DNA from: Eledone cirrhosa
Taxonomy: Eukaryota
Length of the DNA stretch: 64,000 nucleotides
Assembly: GCA_964016885.1 (NCBI GenBank)
Contig: OZ024750.1
Coordinates: 48,298,001 to 48,362,000 of the forward strand
Reading direction: 5' to 3'
A program made the translations under genes and the position numbers. Under the pieces are notes generated by a model. The model had not been told where the DNA came from. It saw only the letters and a list, made by a program, of their open reading frames with translations, and did not search any database. Within the stretch, counting starts at the first letter, position 1; each line of letters opens with the position of its first letter. Positions 43,691 through 56,929 of this stretch are shown one piece after another.

Positions 43691-46600
43691 ATACCATTAA
43701 AGGATTCAATACAAATAATAAAATTGTTGTACATGCAGATAAAACTAGTAATATATATATCCTAGATTATGATACATATAGAATATTTATATATAAAGAG
43801 CTACACAGGAGCTATAAGAAGACTACTACTAAAAGCCTAGAATTTATTAATTCTGAGGGCCATAGTATAGTATCTAAACTGGGACTTCAGAGGCATACGC
43901 GGCTATACACCCATAACCTCCCCCCCCCGAAAAAAAATATTCTCTCTGAAGGACCATAAGGAAGATTTCATTAATAACCCTTCGATAAGACAAATCTGCC
44001 CTTCCAAATCTGACATTGGCATTATCAGTAGTAACATTTTAGATAAAATCATCCCGCAGATTAAGCACAAAGTATTCCATAAACAGTGGGGGAATACAGG
44101 TGAAGTTATTGAATGGTTTAGAGAAAGTAAAGAGAACAAAAATAAAAAATCCATTCAGTTTGATATCAATTCATACTACACCTCTATTTCCCCCATCCTA
44201 TTAAATAAGGCACTCGTTATGGCCATGAACAACAGTGACCTGACAAGATCCCAGATTGATGTCATACTTGCGGCCCGTAAAACCATAATTACATTTGAGG
44301 ATCAGTTATGGATCCGCAAAGATACGCATAACAACTTTGACATAACTATGGGGTCTAGTGTCTCGGCGCAGGTCACTGATTTGGTGGGCCATTATTTACT
44401 AAATGAAATCCATACGGACCTACCATACCTGAACGGTGGTTTATACCGCGATGATGCACTGCTCCTTATAGACTATACAATCTTTAATATAGAAAGACCA
44501 ACGAAACTGTTAAATGAAACCTTCAAAAATTATAACTTAACTATCACCATAGACAAAAACACTAAAAATGTTAACTACCTTGATGCTACCCTTTACCTAG
44601 ACTCTAAAGTATATACACCTTACCATAAAGCTAACGAAAAACTGATTTATGTAGACACCAAGACGAACCACTCTAGATCCATTTTAAACTCTATCACTAA
44701 AAGTATTTCTAACAGAATCTCTAATCTATCTCATAACGAAACCATATTTAGCAATAATTCACAGTACTACAATCAGGCATAGCTAAATCAGCTCATAATA
44801 ATGAGATTCAGTTCCTACCTAGAAAATCATATAGTTCCAACATTATTTCTCACAATATGGCCATGAGGAATAGCGGTAGTAAGAATAATAACCACCCCTA
44901 CTCTAATATGAAGGGTAGTATCAAGCCCAACTCGCACCATAGTAGACACCAAAATAGTATAAACAGAAATACCTCAATAGATATGAAAAACAAATAGAAG
45001 AAGAACTAATACATTTTTCAACTCTTCGGAAACCTATATAGGTTCCAATTCGAACTGCTTTCAATCTAAACGTCTCTACCAACTTACCTAGGGCCTTCTT
45101 CTCAATCCTAGAAAGAAACTTCCCGTCAGGCCACAAGTATCATAGGCTTTTTAATAAAAAGACCATTAACATCTCCTACTCTACCACACCTAACATAGCA
45201 TAACATATAGCTAGTAGTAATACAAGAAAACTTAATACTTATCTCCATCAAATTAAAACACAAGAGGGAAACTTTCGAAACAACATAATAACTACTAACC
45301 CTAATAGCAATAGTAATAATAGTAGTAACAATATTGAAATCAATAACATTGGGACCGACGACCCTCATAGCCCTACTGCATTACCTATCAACCAGACTTC
45401 TACGCAGCATAATAACCGACGAGATATAACCCAACATAAATGTAACTGTAGATCTAATAGAACCTGCCCTTTAGGTAACAACTGCTTAATCAAGGACATC
45501 ATTTACTCATGCACGGTCAACACTATCAACTCTTCTAAAACCTATATAGGCTCCACTTCGAACTGCTTCAAGACGAGATACAACTCACACCTTCACTCTT
45601 TCAGGAAGCATAATTGAGCCAACTCCACTTCACTAATTAGCTACATACACTATCTGAAAACTAAGAAGAGATCATATACACTTCAATGGGAAGGAGTAGG
45701 TAGGGCAGTATCGTATAAACCACCTAATAAATGTTGTATCCTCTGTCTTCTAGAGACCCATACTATAATATGTTCGGACCTTATCTCCTTAATAAAAAAT
45801 CGGAAGTGTTTGCATCGTGCCAGCACCGCTTCCGACACTCTTTCCAAAGTTTTAAACCTAGTATACAGCAATGTCAGTTTTGAACTGAGCACCTCCATTA
45901 GCTCTACACCTTTAGGGCTTGCATTGCGCCACTGCACCACACTCTTTGATCCACCCTTTCCACTATACAATTCAGCCGACCTATAACTCTATACCCTTAA
46001 TATAGTAAAATTAGATTACTTATAATTATATAGTGATGGAAATATAATTTGGATAAACTTTAAATATTAAAGGTAACAGTGAATTATATATACATTTTCA
46101 ATTAAGTGTAAACATTAATATCATTGTATATACAGGATAAATGTAGTAACATAAGGGATTTATCTAACTTAAATGCAATATGGAACAATTAATTATGTAT
46201 AGATATATAATCAAATGTATGAATTAACATTAATAACATTGTATATAAGGGATGTGTTTATTTACTCTAGAGATATATCTACTTTACCATGCAAGCAGCT
46301 ATACGTTATTACATAGCTTACCATATACTAGGTAGGCAGCAATCTAGTAACACCTTTGATATATTTTGGGAGGGTAGACTGTATCCTAGATTAACTTAAT
46401 AAAAATATATAACAATTTGTATGGGAAACTCAATTATGGTACTTTATAATAAATGATAGGCAACTTTATAATCATACCTTAATGTATTAAGAGAGAGTAG
46501 ACCGGGTTTAAATTAAATTAAATATAAATATATAGTTTCTATATTAGGCCCTCAAGTATAACACTATATAAAGTCTCTTAGAACAATGAATTTACTTATT

Positions 46601-47438
46601 ATTATAATTAGCTAGTTACCTCTCCTTACGCATTATCTCCCCTTAACTCCATTCCCACTTCCGGGTATTAAACAGTAGTAAATTCTCCCAGCACTTGGAA
46701 TGTAATATACGATGCGGACTAAATAACACCAAGTTACTTTACTTTACTAGTCATTACTATAGCATACACTCAATACAAATATATCGTGACAAATGTAATG
46801 GATGTGAAACCTGGAACTGTCTTATTCTACACACGCACATATTTGATCAACAGAGAAAATATCTCTGCATTGCAACCACCATAATATAATATCACACCCG
46901 CTTTAAGTGCTTGTATTTTGTATGCAACACCCAGCATTCATATATGCTTGATACATTTGTTTGTTCAATTGTTTTATATATGACTAACGCACGTACTTTC
47001 TCTTTAATTTTATTTATTTACTAAACGCTCTTGTATTATCTGTCACATGTGCTCCACCAAAAGCTTTTAATTTTAATTTTGAATCTTATTGTACAATTAT
47101 AGTATAACATAATATATGTCGCATCCATCCCACACTGTTGTCCACAGTATGTATCTGTATGATTCTTAAGCGGAATAGGAGGCTGATTATATGTACAAAC
47201 ATTATTAATAATGCTCCGAAGACTCCAAGCCTATGTTTGGAAGAAACAATTGTCAGCAATTAAATGTCCTAACATAGCTTTGATTCTTGTGTATTCTATA
47301 TTACTGATCTGTATAAAAGATGATGCTCTTACATTGAGCTATTTATCTTACTGGTAATAGGTAGTAATAAATTACTGACCTTAACTGTTTATAGTTGTAT
47401 ATAGTATATACATAACTATGAATAGTATCCTTAATGGT

Positions 47439-47440
<2 letters not shown>
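43691..47440 (+). mobile_element. 5'-truncated, disrupted Naiad-type PLE with 3' pLTR and hammerhead (47212-47258)
   Basis: ORF 44219-44782 closely resembles the 39249-41636 protein (FDITMG, GLYRDD). Stops and frameshifts elsewhere. pLTR at ~47120-47440. Confidence 0.92.
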
Positions 47441-47469
<29 letters not shown>

Positions 47470-47476
<7 letters not shown>

Positions 47477-48312
47477 GTACATACATATATGTATACAGAC
47501 GTACAGTAGTATGTATATATATATATACATATATGCACACATATATATATGTACGTATCGATTCACCGAACATTTATTATAATGCTCGGTGTGTTTGTAA
47601 ACAAACATCCCGTATTAAGCCATAGTGTCTAGCAACCACCGTTGCTCGTTTGTTCAACACTGACAAAGGAACGCTGTACTAGTTTCAAGCTTATTAGCTA
47701 TCGTCAGCAACGTATACCTTCCTGCCAGATAGTTGAACGTATATATTTACCTTATGCATATTAACGGCTGAGTAGCCCAATGTGCATATCGAGTGGGTTA
47801 ATCGGCCGGGTGTACCGAAGACGATAAACGGAGAAAAATAAAAACGAAATTTCATTTCCCACTCTTAGTACGGCTGTTACTTAAATATAAGTGTGTACAT
47901 GTTCACACATATATGTATACAGACGTACAGTAGTATGTATCTATATATACATACATGCACACATATATATATGTACGTATGGATTCACCGAACATTTATT
48001 ATAATGCTCGGTGAGTTTGTAAACAAACATCCTGTATTAAGCCGTAGTGTCTAGCAACCATCGTTTCTCGTTTTTTCAACACTGACAAAGGAACGCTGTA
48101 CTAGCTTCAAGCTTATTAGCTATCGTCAGCAACGTATACCTTGCTGCCAGATTGTTGAACGTATATACTTGTCTTATGCATATTAACGGCTGAGTAGCCC
48201 AATTTGCATATCGAGTGGGTTAATCGGCCGGGTGCACTGAAAACGATAAACGGAAAAATGAAACGAAATTTCATTTCCCACTCTTAGTACGGCTGCTACT
48301 TAAATATAAGTA
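47470..48312 (-). repeat. Family A tandem dimer, 422-bp period, one hammerhead per unit
   Basis: acgctgtactag at 47671 and 48093. Confidence 0.92.
47672..47712 (-). ncRNA. Type I hammerhead (family A), intact
   Basis: cgttg-CTGACGA-tagc taataa gctt-GAAAC-ta-GTA-cagcg. The second copy at 48094-48134 has GAAG. Confidence 0.85.
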
Positions 48313-48361
48313 TATATATATATAGGTATATATATATATATACCTATATATATATATATAT

Positions 48362-48535
48362 ATAACGGAGGAAATGTGGATAAGGAACCAGGTGGACCAT
48401 AACGCACCAAAGTACTCAATACTTTGGGTAGTAGAGTGGGTAATAGGAAAGAGTAGGACCCCGACGGCTGAGCTCAGGCCGTTTCGACGGCTAATTCTGG
48501 ACTAAATTTAGTCGAAACGGCAAGAGCTTTTTCCT
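48362..48535 (-). repeat. Family C fragment with hammerhead 3' half and a small inversion
   Basis: Minus strand GAAAC-ggc ctgagctca gcc-GTC; inverted gccgtttcgac / gtcgaaacggc. Confidence 0.7.
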
Positions 48536-48540
48536 ATATA

Positions 48541-48599
<59 letters not shown>

Positions 48600-48616
48600 G
48601 TATATATGTATATATG

Positions 48617-48647
<31 letters not shown>

Positions 48648-48713
48648 GTATATGTATATATATATAAGTATATATATATATATATATAAGTTTATATATA
48701 TATATATATATAC

Positions 48714-48939
<226 letters not shown>

Positions 48940-48949
48940 ATATATATTT

Positions 48950-49580
48950 CAATAATTCAATGAACTGAATGTTTTCCTTTTTCCTAAAGCTAAGCCGAAA
49001 TGTTCTTGTAATTTAATATCTCCCTATATGATTACACCATGTAAGTTATTCCTCTTTATCTCTCTCTCTCTCTGTAATCATCTTTTATTTTCTAGGCTCC
49101 TACTAGCTATATTATCCCCTCATCTGTTTCTTCCTCTATGCCGCTCTTTACTTTCCTCTTTCTTAAATAATTTAAATGATTTGAATATGTAACATATATA
49201 TTGCTGCCATGTATATTTTAAGCTTTCTCACACACACCCTCTCTATTATATGTATTATATGTAGTTATTGTCATGTTTTCAATATTCAGGTATATAAATA
49301 TTGTGTTTTGTCATATATTACTCACTACTATGACTGAATCTTAACCATCTACTAGGTCAAGGTATGCCATGCATCATCTTATTTTATCTGATGAGGACGT
49401 ACAGTTGAAGTTAACTCAGTACCTCTGAAATATGTATAATCAAATATACTTGATCACAAGAATATCTATTTTGTTAAAATTTTGAAGTAATATTAATAAC
49501 CATGGAAAACCAATATTGTTGAGTGCTTCCAATCTATTGTAAAACTCATTATTTGATTTATTCATTGTATCTTCTTTAAA

Positions 49581-49582
<2 letters not shown>
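48950..49582 (+). repeat. Family E element with hammerhead-like motif at 49381-49446
   Basis: attttat-CTGATGA-ggacgtac...gtacctct-GAAAT-atgt-ATA-atcaaat. Confidence 0.55.
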
Positions 49583-49668
<86 letters not shown>

Positions 49669-49698
49669 CATAAATATATATGTATATATATACATATA

Positions 49699-49738
<40 letters not shown>

Positions 49739-49769
49739 GTATAAATGTATATATATATATATAAATTTT

Positions 49770-49833
<64 letters not shown>

Positions 49834-49875
49834 TACGTATATATGTATATATATACATATATATATGTATATATG

Positions 49876-49926
<51 letters not shown>

Positions 49927-49971
49927 ATATATATACATGTAAATAAGTATGTATATATATATATACATATA

Positions 49972-50014
<43 letters not shown>

Positions 50015-50029
50015 ATAATTATGCATATA

Positions 50030-50096
<67 letters not shown>

Positions 50097-50150
50097 ATAA
50101 TTATACATATATATATATATATATGTATATATATGTATATATTTATATAC

Positions 50151-50203
<53 letters not shown>

Positions 50204-50301
50204 AATATATATGTATATATATACATATATATATGTATATATATACATATATATATATATATATGTATAAATGTATATATATATATATATATATATATGT
50301 T

Positions 50302-50344
<43 letters not shown>

Positions 50345-50397
50345 ATATATACATATATATATGTATATATGTATATATATATATATATGTATATATG

Positions 50398-50432
<35 letters not shown>

Positions 50433-50495
50433 ATATATATATATACATGTAAATATGTATGTATATATATATATATGTATATATATATACATATA

Positions 50496-50544
<49 letters not shown>

Positions 50545-50660
50545 ATAATTATACATATATATATATATATATGTATATATATGTATATATTTATATACAT
50601 ATATATATATGTATATATATACATATATATATATGTATATATATACCTATATATATATGC

Positions 50661-50706
<46 letters not shown>

Positions 50707-50760
50707 GTATATATTTATATACATATATATATATGTATATATATACCTATATATATATGC

Positions 50761-50806
<46 letters not shown>

Positions 50807-50884
50807 GTATATATATACCTATATATATATATATGTATATATATACCTATATATATATGCATATATATACATATATATATATGC

Positions 50885-51003
<119 letters not shown>

Positions 51004-51029
51004 TATATAAATATGTATATATATATATA

Positions 51030-51582
51030 TTGTTATACTTGGGGAGGGTCATGTTTGTGTAATATTGCCAGAACTAATAACAGAACACACTCACTGTTTG
51101 GTTGGTTTTCGCTTTTCGCTCCTGTGTCATTTTTACGGTAATCTAATTTTTTCGGTCCACAATGTTGCCATTGACTGACCAACGGTCAACAATAATACAG
51201 ATACAATATAGACACAAACACATATATATAGTCCATCAAAGTTATTTCGTTGCACATCTGCAACATCGTTAGTGGTGCTATTGTTTCCTCCCGTTGCATT
51301 GTATTTTCTACGCCATCTTTAGTATGTTTATATATTTATTTGTTTATTTATTTTGTCTCCTTTGCGCATGCTTTTGCGTGTGTGTTTAGTGTTTTCTTTG
51401 ATGTGTGTTCGTGATTGGGTGACTGTATTGGTTAATGTATTCTCACTTTACTAGTGTGTGTTTATATGTGATTGTTGATATTGTGCTTGTGTATGTATCT
51501 ATTTATTTATTTATCTAATTTATTTATTTATACTTCTCTTAGGTCAGTGTTGTTTGTTTGGGTGTTGTTGTTATTCCATTCA
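51030..51582 (-). mobile_element. Family P PLE 3' region (pLTR-like) copy
   Basis: Reverse-complement match to ~17443-18030. Confidence 0.8.
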
Positions 51583-51667
51583 TACTTTCGACACGCAATT
51601 TCATATCAAAAACGTCGCATAACTAATTCATCGCCGTTATGTATATATATACAGTGGTGTATATAAA

Positions 51668-51852
51668 CGGTCGTGGATTGGCAGTATCGGTAGAGGGTCG
51701 GACCCATGCATTCGAGCATAGTTACGTCCATTTACGATCTGAGTTCGGATCCCGCCGAGGTTGACTTTGTCTTTCATCCTTGTGGGGTCGATCAAATAAA
51801 GTACCAGTAATGCACTGCGTAATTGCTGGCCTTTTGCCTAAAGTAGAAACAG
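51668..51852 (+). mobile_element. tRNA-derived SINE
   Basis: Same family as 6167-6350. Confidence 0.85.
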
Positions 51853-51939
51853 TTATGTATATATATATACACACACACACACATATATATATATGTTTAT
51901 ATATATATAGACATATATATATATATATATATATATATT

Positions 51940-52695
51940 AGCATTGGAACTCTGAAATAGCAATATATATATGGATGTATATATAATGTATTTTGCAATA
52001 AACTTTATGCTTAATTGAAAGCATTTTGAAGACCGCATGCTATTGTTTTAGAGTAGTGACAAATTCACTTACTTCAATCTCAGCAAACAGGGGAGATAAG
52101 CCGACAAGGGCCTTGTTTCGCTTTTGGTGAATCTTATCAAGGCTAACTACCCCTCCTGTCTACTGAGATTACTGATGTTATATTCTTATAGAATTCTAGT
52201 AAATAATCAGGAGCTGATTATACAGAGCGATTGTTGGTCAGGCAGAAATTTAAAATTAGAATTGGAGCTCTGAAATAGCAATATATATATGGATGTATAT
52301 ATATGTATTTTGCAATACACTTTATGCTTAATTAAAAGCATTTTGAAGACCGTAAGCTATTGTTTTAGAGTAGTGACAATTTCACTTAATTTAATCTCAG
52401 CAAACAGGGGAGATAAGCCGACAAGGGCCTACGTTTGGCTTTTGGTGAAGCTTATCAAGGCTAACTACCCCTCTTGTTTACTGAGATTACTGATGTTATA
52501 TTCTTATAGAATTCTAGTGAATAATCAGGAGCTGATTATACAGAGCGATTGTTGAAGACCGTATGATATTGTCGGCTTATCCCCCCTCTTTGCTGAGATT
52601 AAAGTAAGTGAAATTGTCACTACTCTAAAACAATAGCATACGGTCTTCAAAAAGCTTTTAATTAAGCATAAAGTGTATTGCAAAATACATTATAT
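51940..52695 (-). repeat. Family F: ~318-bp tandem dimer plus inverted partial copy (52569-52695); hammerheads at 52099-52144 and 52416-52462
   Basis: attgga(a/g)ctctgaaatagc at 51943 and 52261. Minus strand agcc-TTGATAA-stem II-GAAAC-aag gcc ctt-GTC-ggct. Confidence 0.85.
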
Positions 52696-52878
52696 ATACA
52701 TATATATATATATATGTATATATGTATATATATACATATATATGTATATATATACATATTTATATCTGTCTCTCTCTATATATATATGTCTATATATACA
52801 TATATATTTATATGTATATATATACATAAATATATATATATGTATATGTATATATATATATACATATATATGTATGTA

Positions 52879-52937
<59 letters not shown>

Positions 52938-52942
52938 GTATA

Positions 52943-52973
<31 letters not shown>

Positions 52974-53011
52974 ATATGTATATATATGCATATATATATA
53001 TATATATATTG

Positions 53012-53082
53012 ATATGGCCATCCAAAATCACTGGGAGAGATGACTCCTCAGCCTTTGTCAAGGCAGAATTCTAGGAGAAGGA

Positions 53083-53152
<70 letters not shown>

Positions 53153-53572
53153 GATGGTTGCCCCCTCGTTATCGAGTATGGCCATTGCACGATATACCAT
53201 TATAAATAAAAATGTAATTATTCTATCGTGCAATGCCTGTGCGGGAAGAAATATTTTAAAGTGACGAAATACTGTGCACTGAGCCAATCACACTCTCTGA
53301 GCGACAGGAAAGAATATGTGTCCTTCACTCCCAGTGGTTTAACCGCGCGATCATCGGGTGTCTAGCCCGGGTATTTCTATGTTCCCGCGCATATACATAC
53401 ACATGCACCCATGCATATACACATATATACACTCACATGTACATGTGTATATAAATATTTACACACATTTGGTTGGCCGTTGACTGGCATGTGTTGTTCT
53501 GCCCGTTGGCAGGTTTTGTTTTATGTACTGCATGGTGGGGTTGCCAGTTTTGTCGCCGACGACCCGACCATG
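53012..53572. repeat. Family B fragments and a diverged relative
   Basis: 53012-53087 (+), 53150-53300 (diverged, minus) and 53470-53572 (minus). Confidence 0.7.
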
Positions 53573-53583
53573 CATACATACAT

Positions 53584-53670
<87 letters not shown>

Positions 53671-53691
53671 TACATATATATATACATATAT

Positions 53692-53768
<77 letters not shown>

Positions 53769-54180
53769 CATATATACATATATATATATAAACATACATA
53801 TATATGTGCAAGAAAGGCACAGAAACGAAGAAAGAAATCCCCAGTCACTGAAGAGGTCACAGAGTGTGTGACGAAAGAACTATGACTATATATATATAAA
53901 CAACTATCTGGTTGTGGAACCAACCAACCAACCAGAAATTTATAAATTTGTAAATTTATAAATATATATTAAATTAAATTGAAGTGAAAGCAACTGGTGC
54001 GTGTGTTTCTTATTGGCAACATGACCCTCCCAAAGTATAACAATATCGGTTTCAACACACGATTTCAGATAAAGAATCTTGCTAAACAAATTCAGAAACG
54101 ATATATATACATATATATACATATATATATATGTATATATGTCTATATGTACACACACACACACACATATATATATATAG

Positions 54181-54431
54181 AAATTGCTCCGAAGACTCCA
54201 AACCTCGGTTTGGAAGAAACAATTGTAAGCGAATAAATGATTTGAACAGAACTTTGATTCATGTAATTTCTATATAACTGCTCTGTAGAACAACTGATGT
54301 TATTACATTGAGCTATTTATCTAACTGGTAATAAGATAGTAATAAATTACTGTCTTTCACTGTTTCGGGTTTAAAATATATATAACTATAAAAGAATTTA
54401 GTATATACATAACCATAAATAGTATCCTTAA

Positions 54432-54436
<5 letters not shown>
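54181..54436 (+). mobile_element. Solo Naiad pLTR starting at the hammerhead (54184-54232)
   Basis: Matches 42165-42420 and 47211-47440, with (TA)n flanks. Confidence 0.85.
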
Positions 54437-54485
<49 letters not shown>

Positions 54486-54489
54486 GAAA

Positions 54490-54670
54490 AGTATAGAAAT
54501 TATTATGAGCAAGAAGCACATTGTATGTTTAATTAAAAGCATTTCGAAGACCTTACGCTAGCAATTGTGTTAGAGTAGTGACAGTATCACTTACTTTAAT
54601 TTTCCGCAAACAGGGGAGATAGAGCTGACAGATGTCTGTTTCGTACTTTGTTGTGCTTATTAAAGCTAAT
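54490..54670 (-). repeat. Diverged family F fragment with hammerhead-like motif at 54623-54667
   Basis: agct-TTAATAA-gcac aacaaa gtac-GAAAC-aga ca tct-GTC-agct. Confidence 0.65.
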
Positions 54671-55140
54671 ATATGTATACATATTACTGTACGTATGTAT
54701 ACATATATGTATGTGCGTATACATACTTATATTTAAGTAAAAGTAACAGCTGTACTAAGAATGAGAAATGACATTTCGTTTCATTCTTTCCGTTTATCGT
54801 TTTTGGTACCCCGGCCGATTAACTCACTCGATATGCGATTTAGGCTGCTCAGCCGTTAATATGCATAAGAAAAGTATATACTTTCAGACGTTCTTTCGTC
54901 TGGCAGGTAGGTATACGTTGCTGACGATAGCTAATAAGCTTGACATTTGTACAGCGTTTCTTGAACAAATGAGCAACGATGGTTGCTAGACACTGTACGG
55001 TTTAATTCGGGATGTTTGTTTACAAACACAGCGAGCATTATAATAAATGTTCGGTGAATCCATACGTACACATATATATGTGTGCATGTATGTATATATA
55101 TATATACATACTACTGTACGTCTGTATACATATATGTATA
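54671..55140 (+). repeat. Family A unit (hammerhead 54916-54956 with mutated GAAA)
   Basis: Matches family A. Confidence 0.88.
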
Positions 55141-56340
55141 AGACTACTAACAAATTCGATTTAGAACGTAGCCGAATGGAAAGCATAGAGCAGGTAGCTA
55201 ATTCCATACACCATAGTATAACTGTAACTATCGACTACCCTTCCAAACACCCTAAGAATAGACTATCTGTATTAGACACGGAAATCTGGAATAACATTAT
55301 AGGCGAGAGAGCCCCAATTCTCCACTCACACTATACTAAACCCATGGACTCCAAATACCTGATACTCAAATCTCAACGATGTCAAGTAGTGCTATATTTA
55401 ATATTCTCATCGCCGACTTGGTACGAGTGATGAAGAACGTGTCCCGCATGTGCGACCCAACATTAATGGAAAGACACATCCAACACTTCATCAACAGCAT
55501 GCAGTTCTCTGGCTACAACCAAAGAGACAGAATCAGAGTATACGAAGGTGCCACGGAGAAGTATAAGACCCTCATAGAATTGGACATGAAAGGAATTTGC
55601 CCATTATATAGGAGCAAATTATGGAATAACTTAGATAGGACTAAACATAATATAGGGAAAGCAACCTCATGGTACGACAACCAGAGATGCCAGTGTGACA
55701 TGTTCGTGGACGCTACGCCTGGGGGATATTAGCTAACCAATTTTGAAAGGCCCGGAGAAAGTCCCACTTAAAGATTAATGTGGTAGAAAAGCCAAGAACT
55801 ACCATAAAATCCCTGATCAGCAAAACGTACCCTTTTAAAAAAAAACACTGTACTAATAGGACATGTATTATATGTAAATATAAACCCCCGAATAAACTGT
55901 AAAACTAGAAACGTAGTCTATAGCATAAGATGTAAAGATGGTACTTGCAGAAACATGACAACAACATACATAGGCAAGGCAGCTCGTAGCATAGATGAAA
56001 GTATAGACCAACACAGGTGGGAACCAAAAGGACGAAATAATGGTTCAGTACTATACAAACACGCCGAACAACAACACGAAGGTAACATAGACAACATAGA
56101 AATTAGAATAATATCTAAACATAGAAATGACCCAGCAGATAGGCAAATCAGAGAGGCCAGTGAAATAGAACTTAGAAGGCCAAAGCTAAACAGAAACAAA
56201 TACATGAAATAATTGAACACCCAAACAGACAATACTGATCTAAGAGAAGTATAAATAAATAAATAAATAAATAAATATATACACAAGTACAATAAAAAAC
56301 AAACACATATAAACACACACTAGTAAACTAAGATACACCC
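55141..56340 (+). mobile_element. 5'-truncated Penelope-like element, family P (RT palm/thumb + GIY-YIG), frameshifted
   Basis: VTIDYPS...LSVLDTEIW, HYTKPM, LVRVMKNVS, NVVYSIRC...YIGK. ORF fragments 55141-55430, 55379-55732 and 55955-56212. Confidence 0.85.
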
Positions 56341-56639
56341 TTGCCCTCACATATCGACACACGCTCATACACAGCCATATGTATATGTACACACAAGTAT
56401 GTGCATGCGCGCATGCGGACAGACATATGGAGAGTGTGGGAGTATCGGTGGGGGTGGCGAAGGACAAAGATGGAGGGAAGGTGAGAAGCAATGGAGAAGG
56501 TGTTATACATATATACATACACATACATATACTGATACACACATATGGATATGGGCACATGCACGCACACGTACGTATACAACATATACACATACACACT
56601 CACACGTATACTCACACATATATATATATACACACATAT

Positions 56640-56680
<41 letters not shown>

Positions 56681-56929
56681 TATACACATACATGCACATA
56701 TACGAGCCCACGTACACATACACTCAGATTCACCTATATACATATATGTAGACATACACATACATACACACATACATACACATACATACACACATACACA
56801 TACATATATATACACATAAATATATATGTGCACATACACATATATATATACATATAAATTTGCGTACACGCACGCATATTTATACGCCCGTATATGTAAA
56901 AAATACTTACACACAGACACACACACTTG

